Shown here: one piece after another, positions 13,078 to 26,429 of the stretch
Layout of the letters: each line of letters opens with the position of its first letter
How positions within the stretch are numbered: the stretch's first letter is position 1
Source: Lama guanicoe
Taxonomy: Eukaryota
Direction: 5' to 3'
DNA length: 64,000 bases
Assembly: GCA_013239625.1 (NCBI GenBank)
Contig: MU054187.1
Span: 2,179,757-2,243,756, forward strand
Notes under the pieces: model-generated
The model's database searches: none
What the model was told of the DNA's origin: nothing
Seen by the model: the letters and a program-made list of their open reading frames with translations, nothing else
Translations under genes and position numbers: made by a program

Positions 13078-13623
13078 TGGGTGACCAGGCTGCACAGCCA
13101 AGTTTAAAAGGCAGATACAGGGTAGCCTGGGAAAGCACTGTATGACTCAAGATCACTGAGAACAGACAACACACACCGGCCTCAAGTGGCGCAGCTTTTA
13201 CAGTAAGAGAAGGGACACAGGGCACAAGGTCCGGCTTCCTGCAACGAGTCAGTCCCTCCAAAGCCAGTGGTCCCGCTTCGCAGTCGACTCGGGCAGTGTG
13301 CTGCACACAGCCCGCTTCACGCTGCGGTGGAATGAATGACTCCAGACCTCCTCCGTGGGGGCTGAAATGCAGAGGCTGAGGGCGCTGCCTGCGGGCCACG
13401 GGCACAGGCGTTTAAACAGAACAATGAAGGGCTCATTGCGTCTGAAACCCGGGAAGGTATTCTCACCCAAGGCAGTGGGGCCGTCCCGGAAGGAAAGGCG
13501 CTCTCTCTCTCTCTCTCCCACCCATCTCTCTCCCTCTCTCTCTCTCTCTCTCAGGTGGAGTTCTGGGTCCAGGGCTTTTTCTTCCGCGCCTGAGTGCAGG
13601 TTGCAAGGCTGCCTTTCCCAACA
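13078..13623 (-). mobile_element. Probable solo LTR inserted in L1, containing a (CT)n tract
   Basis: About 550 bp with TG...CA ends separates two contiguous L1 parts; no clean TSD seen. Confidence 0.4.
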
Positions 13624-14708
13624 CTTTCCACCCTCTATTTTGCTTACTTCCTTTCTAGTCTTCATTACTTCCTTCCTCATGCTCGCTTCGGTTTACTCTG
13701 GCTCCTTCCTGTAGTTTCTGAAGGGGAGAGTTCAGGTGGTCCGTGCTGGAACCTTCCCGTCCCCTGGTAGGCGGCGTGCAGGCCGGGCCCGCGGAGCTGC
13801 CGCCGAGACCGCGAGGGCCCGGGAGGCGGTCAGCGCGCGAGGTCGGATGAGCGTCAGCCCGGGTGGGACTCGGGGCCTGTGCCTCTGCTGCTCCGAACTC
13901 ATCATAAACCCCGTGGCAGTTTTCAGGGGGGTTGCTTTCTCAGGGAATTCCCAGGGTCCTTGCAAAGTCACTCATCTGATGACTCAGGGAAAGAGAGGAG
14001 TCCAGGTGCGTGAGAGCGATCATTTTCTCAGACAGCAGGGAAAGCGCTTACTCACCGCTTAGTCATTCATCATTTCTTTCAACCAGTAAGTATTTGTTGA
14101 TCCTCATGCGCTCATGTAAATTGCAGGTCGGTGTGGGAGACAGTAAATACATAAGCCTATTGCTTACTATGTAATGAAAACTAGAACTTACATGTGCTGT
14201 ATGAGAAAGAGTGTGGGGACAGATCATCAGGCGTCAGAAGCGTCCTCACTGAAGAAGTAAGACTTAGATGGAACCCAAAGTGTCACGAAGCAAAGTAACA
14301 GTGCACCTTTGAGCACATGGTCGCGTTGCCAGGGCCTGATGAATCCTCGCCTCTGAAAAGGGATGTCCACTTGTTCTTCTCCAAAGCTGCTGTTCTTGAA
14401 AGACCTTCCAGGACTTCCTGGAGTGCTCTCTGCACAACCGCTCTGATTTCATCAACGTAATTACACTACTTTATGCGGAGCTCTGGGAAGGAAAACCTGG
14501 CTCCTTAACTACCTGAAGTTTTGCCTTCTCTTTTTATGGCTTCACTGTAACTCACGTGCGTCGTGACTGAGAAGCACAGCCCTCCAGAGAGTCCTGCCAC
14601 GTAGCGTACTCAGGGGCATAGAAAGGGTAGCCCGAAAGCCAGGTGCTTTTCACTTTCATCACTTCATGTAGCAAAGAACACTGAAGCATTTTGCAGCGAT
14701 CTCGTTTC

Positions 14709-14832
14709 TTTTTTTAGGGGGGTAGGTAGGTAGATTTACTTATTTATTTATGTTTAGAGGATGTGCTGGGGTTGAACCCAAGACCTGGTGCGTGCTGAGC
14801 ACGCGCTCTACCACTGAGCCCTGCCCTCCCCT
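14709..14832 (-). mobile_element. tRNA-derived SINE (camelid type)
   Basis: gctggggttgaacccaagacctggtgcgtgctgagcacgcgctctaccactgagccctgccctcccc, with a T-rich tail. Confidence 0.9.
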
Positions 14833-16128
14833 ACAGGGATCTCATGTCTGCTGTGGCTTTTTTGTGCCATGATACTCTTGATTGAGAGTAACATGGCTTG
14901 TTGGTTTTCAAAAAAATTTTTAGTATTATTTATGCTACCTATGCTCATTTTACCAAATACTGCCTTGGTGTCTAGCTTGGAAGGTCCCTGCCGCCCAACG
15001 GGGCACAGGGAAACCCTAAAAGGCTGTGTGGGTGCTGAGCCGTGCGCTCTGCCCTCCAGACCAGTCCAGCACTGGAGGGGAATGTCAAGAGGACCGCAGG
15101 CTGCTATGTTACTGAGAGAGGGCCAACTTCTGCTGGAAAAGGGAAGCAGAAAATCGAAGTCTTTGTCTGGGGAACAGACGGAGAAAAACACACTTCCCAA
15201 GTAACGCTTGAGAGGAACTGAAGGCCAGAGCCTGAGGCCTGAAAACAGGGTTCCAGACAATCAGGCAAAGACAGATTTCAAAACCAACTGTGAACTGATG
15301 AGATTGATGGAGGAAAAGAAAATCCGCACTTTTAATCTTTCACGCTTTGTATTTTTCATAGCTCTTAGGAATGGGTGCAAACTGTCTTCAGTCTCACTGC
15401 CAGAGAGAAGTGCTTCCCGTTATTTCTGCTCAAGCTCTCCGAAGACGGGAAATAACCAAGATGGGAAACTAAGCAAAACTACTTCCAATTGGTTTAACGT
15501 CTTCAGATTGGCAGGTGCACCACCCGGGCCCCCAGCACACGGCCAGTTCTCACCTTCACTTTTTGTGTATCTTAGTGATTAGGCACCTGTCACAAAAACA
15601 GAGGGCAGATACACACAGAAAAAAAAAAAAAGGAGAAACCTATGTTTTCTATTAGGTATCAAAGTCATTTGGGTGAAAGTGGTTTTGTCTTATTTTATCT
15701 TATAGTTTTCCTTGCACAAGTCCCTTTGATTTTCCTAGAGTTGAGCTTCTCCCAAGTGTGACTGAGAGACGAAACAGGCCCCTGACTCAATGAAGATCTG
15801 GCATCAAATTGGATTATTTTTAAGGCCATCCTATTTTAAAGAGAACACATTTTGTTTATAGCCTTTCTCACACGGTTCCAATCTCTCATGGAGGAAATGC
15901 AAAGTCAAATCAGGAGATTCTGCTTTGTATCATATTATTATTTGAATCACCACTGATAGTGGATGATGGTGGATTTGTTTATGGAGGAGACTAGATTGAG
16001 GGCTGCTAAGGGCCGCTCAGAGGGCCTTGTGGGCACCATGGGAGGAGATTGAGGAGGTGGCCATGCTGGGCTGTGCCATTCAGAGCATCACAGAAGGAGG
16101 ATGCTGGAGCATTAAGAGTAACTGAGAT

Positions 16129-17326
16129 TGGCAAAGCATCCTCTGACTTAAGTCGTAGCAGTGTTTTCTTAGGTTGTTCTCTGAAGGCAGCAGAAATAAA
16201 AGCAAAAATAAACAAATGGGACCTAATCAAAATTATAAGCTTTTGCACAGCAAAGGAAACTGCAAACGAAACGAAAAGGCAACCTGTGAACTGGGAGGAA
16301 ATATTTGCAAACAATATGACCGACTGAGGATTAATTTCCAAAGTATACAAACAGCTCATCCAACTCAATAACAAACAATCCAAGCAACCCAATCAAAAAA
16401 TGAGCAGAAGACCTAAATAGACATTTCTCCAAAGAGGACATAAAGATGGCCAACAGGCACATGAAAAGATGCTCATATCACTAATTATTAGAGAAATGCA
16501 AATCAAAACTACAATGAAGTGTCACCTCACACCGGTTAGAATGGTCATAATCAAAAAGTCTATGAATAATTAATGCTGGAGAGGGTGTGGAGAAACGGGA
16601 ACCCTCCTACACTGTTGGTGGGAATGTAAATTGGTGCAGCCATTATGGAAAACAGTATGGAGGTTCTTAAAAAATTAAAAATAGAGTTACCATATGACCC
16701 AGCAATCCCACTCTTGGGCATGTGTCCAGAATAAACTCTAATTTGAAAAGATACATGCCCCCCAATGTTCACAGTAGCACTGTTTACAATAGCCAAGACA
16801 TGGAAGCAACCTAAATGTCCATCGACAGATGACTGGATAAAGAAGATGTGGTATATCTATATAATGGAATATTACTCAGCCATAGAAAAGAATGAAATAA
16901 TGCCATTTGCAGCAACATATATGGACCTAGAGATTAACATACTAAGAAGTAAGTTAGGCAGAGAGACAAATACCATATGATATCACTTATATGTGCAATC
17001 TAAAAAATAGTACAAATGAACCTATTTACAAAACAAAAACAGACTCACAGACGTAGAAAACAAACTTACGGTTACAAAGGGGAGGGAGGGGAGGGAAAAA
17101 TTGGGAGCATGGGATTACCAGATGCACACTACCTACATAAAACAGATAAACAGCAAGGATTTCCTGTAGGCCACAGGGAACTATATTCAGTATCTTGTAA
17201 TAAACTATAATGGAAAAGAACCAAAAAAGAGTGTAGATGTATACATATATATGTATAACTGAGACACTTTGCTGTATGCCTGAAACTAACAATACTGTAA
17301 ATCAACTGTACTTCAATTTTTAAAAA
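16129..17326 (+). mobile_element. 5'-truncated, relatively young L1 (ORF2 C-terminus, 3' UTR, poly(A))
   Basis: ORF2 peptides KAKINKWDLIKIISFCTAKET and MFTVALFTIAKTWKQPKCPSTDDWIKKMWYIY; 15-bp TSD aagagtaactgagat (16114-16128) / aagagtaattgagat (17327-17341). Confidence 0.95.
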
Positions 17327-17989
17327 AAGAGTAATTGAGATGCTGTTTATGTGAAGTGGGTTGTATTTTAGAAGAGATGAGATTGATTCGAGTTAAGTAC
17401 ACATTTATTCATTTAGTTCTCTGTTCACACAGATCCTTGCAGGGTATGTTTTCAGTGCTTGGCACGTGCTGGGAGCTGGGACTTGGATCTGAGCAACACA
17501 GCTCTGCTTCCTGTCCACTTTACAGTCTAGTGGGACTGGGCTGGGGCCACAACAGGAAACAATAATTCACTGGTGGGGGGATATGTGTAATGACGGAGTC
17601 ACCACCAAGTGCAGGGGGACACTCAACAAATAACAAGAACAAGTAGGTGCTGACGGCACTGAGGAGGGCAGCCTCAGGGAGGAGCTGCGGGAAAGCTCAG
17701 TGTATGACAGGACTCACTTTTCTTGAGTCAGCCTCGTTTTCCCTTCTCTCTGTGGTTTTCCCCACAGAGACGCTCAGACTCCGGTGCTTGGGTCCATCCC
17801 AGGGGAAAGCAGTCTTAAACACTAATGAGTTCTTAGCGTCTCCGTGTTCTGCCATTCTCCTAAGTGTCTGTTTCCTGTTCTTCAACCCAAACAAGGTAGC
17901 TGCAGATAGAACAGACATTAAAGGGTTTGCACGCATGTAAAACGGTGCTTCTCTCTACCATTTTTGGTTTTTTTTTTTTTTGGAAAAGA

Positions 17990-18212
17990 GTTATATTTTT
18001 CTTAAGAAATATATCATTTATGTTATCGTGTGATGAATTTATTGCTGTTATTTTAAAACAAATTAGCAAATATTTCTAAGAGTCTCAGTTTCTTCTTCTA
18101 ATATGGCAGATATCAAGAGATATAGGCCACAAGCACAAAGGCTCTTTGGGATCCTTGATCATCTTTAATAGTGTAAATGGGTCTTGAGATCAAAATGGCT
18201 TGAGAACCACTG
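17990..18212. mobile_element. hAT-Charlie DNA transposon terminal fragment
   Basis: aaaggctctttgggatcctt...gtgtaaatgggtcttgagatcaaaatggcttgagaaccactg resembles a Charlie1-type terminus. Confidence 0.55.
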
Positions 18213-19084
18213 GTGTTATCGAAACAGCAGGGTTTGCATCCTTGTACCACCTGCTGGGACCATGCCCTTGGGCCAAGCATTTAACATCCCAGACCCTCGA
18301 TTTGCTCACCTGTAACGTGGGCACTTAAGACAGCTAGCGAGGTCACAGTGCCGTTGTGAGGATGCTGAAAAGTACCTTCGTCAATTACCCAGGTCGTAGC
18401 CCCATCTGCAGGGAGAATCCAGGCCTGGGAAACACGAGCATTCTGGCCCCAAGGCCGTTCTGTGATGAGAGAAGCACCGTCCACCCCATGCATTTTCCTT
18501 TCCCTGGGTGGGTGGATCTTTAAGCCATTCCATTCTTTTTGCTCCAGATTCTTGCCCATTTAGCCCTTTCAGGTCACAAATTCAGTTTCCCAGCTATTCA
18601 AGGAAAGGAAATGTCTTCGATAGTGGACAAGATCCCATGTAAGGTGATCACATCATTCCTTTACACATCCATCTTTGATGAGTTTAGGTGCCTGCTGGTA
18701 ATAACAAAACCTAGAGCTGAGCACATACTCTCTGGCAGGACTTGTGCTAAGGCAATGGAGGTCAGTCCCTAAGGCACTCCAAACTGACCAAATTAAGTTT
18801 AGGAGTTGCGAATTTAGGCAAAAATGTAGTGAGCTCTCTCCAGCACATCCCAGGTATGCCACCATATGAGAAAGGCCCCTTCCTTGCTGGTTACCTCTGC
18901 CTGTCTCTCGTTACCCGTCATGTAACCCTGGATAAATAGGGCACCTTACCACAGAGGCAAGATACTGCTATTAATGTTTCAAAAATTCTTTTTATTCAGT
19001 TAACAGTTTTCTCTTATGAAATCAAGTTTATTCTCATAAATTAGGGTTTGTTTTCTTAAAACATCTTAAAATATTTCACTTTCT

Positions 19085-19390
19085 CTGCCTGAACTGGGAC
19101 ATCCATCTTCTCCTGACCTTGACACTGTTGGTTCTCAGACTTTCAGACTCAGACCTCATTGCCACCGCCCCCACTCCCATCCCCCCAACCTCCCAATTCT
19201 TGGGCCTCTGGTCTTGGACTTACACTGTCGGCTTCCCTGGTTCCCCAGCTTGCAGACAGCCGATCATGAGACTTCTCCATCCCCATGGTCACGTGAGTCA
19301 GTTCCCGCAGTTAATCTCCTCACATCTGTCCGTGTGCTTATCTACCTACCTCCTTCCGCCTCTGTCTTTCTGATGAACTCTGACTGGCAC
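19085..19390 (+). mobile_element. MLT2 (ERVL) LTR fragment
   Basis: gaactgggacatccatcttctcctg...ggcttccctggttccccagcttgcagacagccgatcatgagacttctc...gtgagtcagttcc. Confidence 0.75.
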
Positions 19391-20007
19391 CGTTTCGTGT
19401 TACATAACATAGAGCTTTTAGGAGTTAACTCTGAATTTGATAGAATTTAGTAATTTTCTAAAATGACCAAAACTTGTTCCAGGTGAGGATACTAACCCTT
19501 ATGTAGGAATGAACTGTCTGTGCACAAAGGTACAGGAGACCGGAAAGCTGAAGAGAAGGGATGTACGTTATTTCCTGCAGACTGAAGGTGTCTGGACCCT
19601 AATGGTCCTAGAACACTGACGAAATGAAGGAGTTCTCGTGCTGAGACCTCGAGAGAGTTACTCGGTTCCTTTGTTTTCAAGCAATAGAATGCATTTGTGT
19701 TTACACACTTTGAGTTGCCTGAGAACACAGCTTGCTGTCAGACGGGCATGTTGAAAATTGCACTCTGCATGGAAGTTCGCCTTCAGGTAGGGCACAGCCG
19801 TCAGAAAACTTCTGCTTAATTCTGTGCTATAATTTTCTAGAGACTCATGTTCTTGGGTAACGTAGGGAGTCTCTGATCCGTAACATACCAAGCAAGAGAC
19901 TTAATATTTCAAATAATGTTTATCTTAATTTTCAAATATTATTAGAACCTTGGAATCAAGGAGTGGCACTTTCCTTTAAGGATTATAGCCCCCTGCCCAA
20001 CACAATA

Positions 20008-20357
20008 TTTACTGAGATACAGTTAACATATAACATGTGTAAGTTTAAGGTGTACAACATAATGATTTGATACACTTATACACTGCTAAGTGACTACCGC
20101 AATAAGGTTAATTAACACATACATCCCCTCACATAATTGTAATTGCGTGCGTGTGTCGGGGGTGAGGACATTAAAGGTCTGCTGTCTTAGTGGTTTTTAA
20201 GAATATAGCACAGAATTGTTAACTATAATCATCGTGTTGTGCATTAGATCCTCAGAACTTGCTCCTGTTGTGACTGGAAGTTTGTACCCCTTGACATACA
20301 TCTCCCCATCGTCCCCACCCCCAGCCCCTGGTAAACACCACTCTACTCTGTGTTCTT
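20008..20357 (-). mobile_element. L1MA-type 3' end
   Basis: aagtttaaggtgtacaacataatgatttgata...cattagatcctcagaactt...ccagcccctggtaaacaccactctactctg. Confidence 0.85.
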
Positions 20358-22544
20358 CGGAGGATTACGTCCTTGACTTGGATAAACACAGACGAGAAAA
20401 GAAGCTAAGGCCTAATGATTTTGGGAGCAGTCAGAACGTGTGTGCTTCAGTCAAGGATTCTGGAAAACTTGGAATCAAGTCATAAAAGAAGGCTGAGGAG
20501 AAACAAAAATACTTGCTTTCATTTTGCCAAAGATTTTAACAGAATGCAGTTTGAGGAGGTGTGAGGATGTCACCGAGGTTTCGGTTGGAGTGCTGAAGGA
20601 AACCTGTTTCAGATGAATAACGAGGCTGGCTGTTTGGATTCAGAGGACTGCGGAGCCAAGGGCCACAAGACACGCACCTCAGAGGTGTCCGCTGAAATGC
20701 CGGGACCCGAAGTAGTTCCAGCCAGGCTTTCAGGAAGATTAAAGGGCCACCTTTAAAGGGCAAGGTTTCAACTCTTAATGTTCTTATCAGAACTGTTTTA
20801 ATTACACTTCATGTTATAAAGGAATTTACCCTTTGCAAAGAGGTAACTTTCTTGACTCTTCTGAAAATATTTTCTTAAAGAAAAGGGTTCCAAAGTAATC
20901 AATGCTGTTAACTCAAAATTTTCCTTAAACGAGGTACCGCAGAGACCAGGGACTCTTGGGAAATTACTTGCAGCAAATGTGCTGAGTCCAGCCCCGTGGC
21001 ACTGAGACTCCGGAGGGAGGGCGTGACCTTCAGGACCACCGCAGCGCGTGACCTTGGCGCTGAGCCCTACATACCGCCAAGCCTCCCCGCTCCTGTGTCC
21101 AAGCCTCCTCTCTAGACTCGGTCTGATTCTGTAAACCACACAATATTCTTCCAACAGATTCTGAAATTAGAATCCACAGCTGGGCCTTCCAACCAAGAAT
21201 ACTGACTGATACAACCTCCAATTTTTGCTTAATGGAACTGTTTTTCCTTAATCATCTAATTTCTAGATACACTTTTTAACATTCTTTTTTTTTAAGTTGA
21301 CATCGGTCAGACAAGTGATTACATAGGTGTCTGCGGGTTTTGCAGGTATGCAGCCACCTTCTAGGGTAACTGTCTTTCCCGTCCCAAGTGACTTCTCACA
21401 GAGCTTTGGCAAAGACTAGTTGTGCTTTTCAGTCAGGAGTTCCTGAATCATAGTAGAAGGCCGAATTTTTTTTAATACAAGGAAAATTAATTGTACAAAA
21501 ATAGTTTCGTTCACAGTCAAGGGTTCTAACTATCAAACCTCCTAGCTAAGCTTTCTTAAAACGCCTCTGATCGCAGTTAGGGAGCTGTACATAGGACCTC
21601 AGATTTTCATCAGACTGATGAAATGTCAGCTCCTTCAGAGAACGGTTTTTCAATAATCCATCTGGTAATGGTTTGAATTTTTTTAAACTGTGAGATTTCA
21701 AAACATAAGAGGGGAGAAGATATCTGCACCTTTTGCCGTAGTATTTTGACACAGCGGCATGTTTACTCCACAGAAGGTTTTCACCAGCGATTATGGTTTC
21801 CACGCGGGCCATTTCTTTTGCTCAAACTGTAATTAGTTTGGATTTGCTGCAGTTTACAGCTCATTTCCTAGCTTCCTTACAGAGAAAATTGTGACTGGAA
21901 TTTAGAACTTTTGAAGTTGTCCTTAAAGCTCTCTGCCTCTTCCTAAGAGAAGAAATTCTCTTTAAAACCGATGGCTTGACTACAAGCCTAACATGAACGG
22001 GAAGATGTGAAAGCTTATCTCAAGGTCACAGCCCATTAGTGGTACAGTCAGGATCTGACTAAGGTCTCCTGCTGCAGGCTCACGTCCTAGCCACAGCAAA
22101 CACCGTCCCCCCTGGTGGTCACTGCTTTAGAATGTTTTCCTGGAAACAAGCTCGTGAGACATACCTCGCAGAGAAACGCCCCCGTGCTTTCCTCCTCCTG
22201 GTGTGAATGCGTTTGATAAATGTCGTGTCTTTTCTACGTCTACGCATTTGAGAGTTCATGGTAGTGAATGCTAAGGCTGAGTTTTGATTTTAGCATTAAT
22301 GTTAAAATCCATTAAAGACGCAACAATTCAACTTGTTTTAACCCTTTTGATAATACTTGGGGTGCTTCTTAAGAGCATTTCACACTAACAACGGACTTAC
22401 AACGTCCTTTATTCACTGCACCAATGTTACTGAGCCCCCTTCTGGCCCTTGGGAAGCCTCAGAAAAGCAAATTTTTGCTCTCTTGGAACTTACATTTTAG
22501 TAATTAAAGAGCAATTTGGCAATTCAATAAACAAAACAGCATCC

Positions 22545-22900
22545 CATGGATAGTTTTAAGTAGAAGAGTAACATGATCTGGCTTGTATTTTAAAAAGACG
22601 ATTCTGAGTGTTGTGTGGGAAACAGACTCTGAGGGGGTGGGGTGAGATGGAGGGTCCAAGCGGGAAGAGGAGTTGACACCCTGAAGCACAGGTGGGAGGT
22701 GCTGGTGGTGTGGACCACATGGCCGCCGCCATGGTGATAGGAAGGTTAGACTCAGGAAATATTCTGAGGGTAGAACTAAGGGGATTTTCTGGCAGAAGGG
22801 ATGAGATAAGGAGAGTCCAAGGACTAAGTAAACAGCAGGATGGAAATGTTGCTTCAACTGAGATGGAAATCAGTGTGAGAGAAGTGGATTTGGGGAAGGC
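22545..22900 (-). mobile_element. L2 fragment
   Basis: gttttaagtagaagagtaacatgatctggcttgtattttaaaaagacgattctg...actgagatggaaa, typical antisense L2. Confidence 0.7.
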
Positions 22901-23550
22901 CTTTGTGTACGACAGACTAAGAAGGGGACTGAGAGTCTGAAAGGGACCAACGGCATGTATCTCTGCGCATGTCGTAGAGGAGGCCTCGTGCTTTCTCTTG
23001 GTCTCTTTGCAGTGAGTTTAAAGGCAAGAAAGAGGATTTGTGTTGAATTTGAGTTGTGGGATCTAGTAAGGAGGGTCAAAATCTTAGGAGTTAAAATAAG
23101 AGATTTGACTTCCAAAGATGTTATTCAGTGCCACAGAGAACTTCAAACCAAAGACCTGGATAGATAAAGTGGAAGAGAAAGTTCAGTGATCTCCCTCTGG
23201 GGCTAGTTCATTCCTTCCCTCACTCACTGACTCGCTCACTCATTCTACTGCTCACTCGTGATGGCGACAGAGACAAAGCACAGTCCTTTCCCTCAAGGCA
23301 GACGAAGAGAGAGGAGCGAAAAATAAAAATAAGCTACTCCTCCTGTTAATTGAACCTCATGCTGCAGAATAGATTCTCCCCCAAGTTACACATAACCCAC
23401 TCCTGGGGGAGCCATAAATTACTCACACATTTTTTTAAATGTTCGTCATCACAGAGTGATTGTAATCTTTAAAATATTAACTCAAACACTCTGAGCCTGC
23501 TGGGTCCTTCCTTAAACAGGCGATTGCTGCTTAATTTCTCTGCCAGTTTT

Positions 23551-23984
23551 TGCATTTGAGTTCTTGGAGCTGCGGTAAATAAATGACACAAGATGAGGAA
23601 CTTTGAACATGAGAAACTCCTCGTCTCACAGTCCTGGAGGCCGGGAGTCTGCAATTAAGGTGTCGGCAGGGCCGTGCTCTCTCTGAAGGCACTCTGAAGG
23701 GGAGGACCTGTTCCCCACTCTCCCGGGTTCTGATAGTCCCCCACCTTGTGGAAGCACAACTCCCATCTTCACGTGGTGTTCTCCTCGTGTGTATGTGCAC
23801 GTGTGTTAAAATTTCCCCTTTTTATGAAGACACCAGTCACGTGGGATGAGGGTCCCACTCCACTCCAGTATGACCTCATCCTAATTAATTATATCTGCAC
23901 AATCACACTCCCTTATGCTGAGGTACTGGGGTCAGGGCTTCAACATATGAATGGTGGCAGGGGAGACACTGTTCAACCCACAAC
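23551..23984 (-). mobile_element. MLT1 (ERVL-MaLR) LTR
   Basis: tctcacagtcctggaggccgggagtctgcaattaaggtgtcggcagggcc...ccagtatgacctcatcctaa...gttcaacccacaaca. Confidence 0.85.
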
Positions 23985-25943
23985 ATGTTCACAATTTTGT
24001 CGGTGCCAAGCAATCACCTAAGTCAACTTCTTTCCCTTGAATCCATGGACTCCTGCATCAGGACATTCCTTCTCCGTGTCCATAAGTTTTCAAGGTTTTA
24101 AAATATGGATGTACAGAGACTTCTACATTAGATAGAAGCCCTAGGGGGTAAGATTAGGAAAAAAATCAAGCTCTTTTAGCCGTTTAATTGTGATTTCAGT
24201 CCCAAGTCAAACATGCCAAAGTGGAGTCTTAGAATAAGTAAGTTTGTCCCCAACTTGGGAATGGAAAGTGCATCGGGGGCAGGAAACAGAAGGCCAGGCC
24301 CTCAGCGGTGTCAGAACCCCAGGACACAGTTGTCAGAGTCGGCTGAAACCAGGTCACAGGAGGAGCTGAACAATCAGAGAATGAAGCTGGTGATGCCGGG
24401 GCTTCACCTCTGGGAGCACCTAGCGGGCTTCCATCCCCACCTGCTGTCACCTCCCAGGCCAAGCTCTCAGCCCCTGGAGTCACGCCTTCCTCTAAGAGTG
24501 GACGCCACGTGGAATCAGCTGAGGAACCTGGGCTGGAGTGCAGGTCTCGTGAATAATTTACGTATTCTTACAGTAGGATAGGACTTAAAGGTCTCAGTTT
24601 GAGGACACAATCTTCATTTTAGGAAGAAGATGAGGGCTAACAGTTCTTCTTTCACTGGTTAAGATGTGATGTTTAAAAATTGTTGAACTTAGAACAAAAT
24701 GACAAGTGCTTTTTGTTCACTCCATTGTCCCTAAGGCTATTTGAAAAATGAATTCTTCAGATAGGTTGAAAGTCAAAGGTAAGACCAAAATACAACAGCT
24801 ACAGCACTGAAAACACAATACAATGTCCCATCTGTAAGCGAAGTTGGTAGTACAGGGTAAAATAGAACAGAAAGAAAAATCTAGCTCCATATTATTTACA
24901 AGAAATCCACTAAAAATAAGTTATGGAAAATTTTAAAGGGATGGCCGGAAAAAATCACATGGAGAACATTGTTTTCTTCTGTAATAAAAAATTAACGTTT
25001 TTAAAAATCTGCTCCCTATCACATATTTTACATCGCCTAATCTACTTAAAAGTGCTTCAGCCTGGATAATGTGAAGACATTACTGTTCTTGGTGTTGATT
25101 TTAATCCACAACCTGGTGGTGAATAATTAACATCTGAAGAACCAAAATGGGGCTAGACCCTCAGCAGTTACTTGCACTTAAACTTCCACGTGCAAAGCCC
25201 ACGCTCTGCCTTGCTGCCCGCAAGCCTCTCGGCTTTTCAGCACAGTCACCAGAGGGCTGCCAGCTGGCATGACGGACATTAGAAAAACTAGGTTCTAGAG
25301 GCCATATGGCGTTTTGATTTACCAACATTCCTGTGACCTCAGGAAATTTACTTAAACTCTCTGAAACTCGGTTTCCTCCTCAAGTGTGGAGAAGAATGCC
25401 AGCATTTTAGCATCAAATGTCTAATGATTAGATAAAGTAGCACTTCTAACACGTCGTCTGGCACATGATAAACAATGGTGTTCATGTGTTTTCCTTTTCT
25501 GGGTGTGAAATGGCGCTGTCAGATGTAAATGCAATAAAAATGCCAGAGAGAAGCCCTCAACACCAACTCCGTGGGTCTCAAGACGAGGGAGAATACGAGG
25601 GGCCAGATGCCTTGTGTTTCCAGGTAAACGACTGTGATCCACAACGTCTTGTTTCCATTCATGTTTCCGTTTTATATTTTTCAATTAAGCAAGTGTTTCT
25701 CACCCAGGTACTAACTCTTCCCTGGGTTCTGCAGAAATATCAGCATACATAAGACATGGTTTCTCAAGGTTTGCACAGCCTAGTGGGAGAGACAGTACAA
25801 ACAACAGTGGGTTGGCTTGGAGTCTGTTTGCTAAGTGGCCTCTCCTATACACAGTCTGCTCTGAAATAAATTCAGGCTTTTTCTGCCATCATGATGAATG
25901 CCGACTTGTATGATTTTTCTCATCCAGTAAAGATAACCAACAT

Positions 25944-26190
25944 CAAATGTGTATAATCACTTAACCTCCACCACAATTGGGATGCAGAACGTATTTATCA
26001 ACTTAAATTTTCTAGATCCCCTTTTCAGTGAACTCCTCCCCTTTCTCTTACCCCAAGCCCCCAGCAGCTGATCCAAGCACAGGTTCAGCTGCTCGCTGTT
26101 CAAAAGTCAGTAATCTAGACGCAAGTGTCAGTAGAAAGGAAAGTTGCTGTAGTCAGAAAAGCTAGCAATCTGGGGAGAAGGTGGATTCAC
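25944..26190 (+). repeat. 247-bp direct duplicate of 27268-27514
   Basis: Both copies start caaatgtgtataatcacttaacctc and end gctagcaatctggggagaaggtggattcac; they are colinear and of equal length. Confidence 0.92.
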
Positions 26191-26429
26191 TATGCAATGA
26201 ATAACTGAAGGGGACTCCGTGAGAGCATACTGCCTGTCAATCCACACTACTAAGATTTGTATCTACTGATAAAACTTCCTTTACTGGATGTGCTAATAAA
26301 TTGCCTGCCAATTCCCTACAAGGAAAGGCTTGCTGAAGGGAGTTTAGAAAGCTGTGGGACAGTCTTCCTCTCTTGTCCAAGGCAGGCATATGTGTGTGTC
26401 TACGCAGGGCTTTTGAAAAATGAGGGTAT

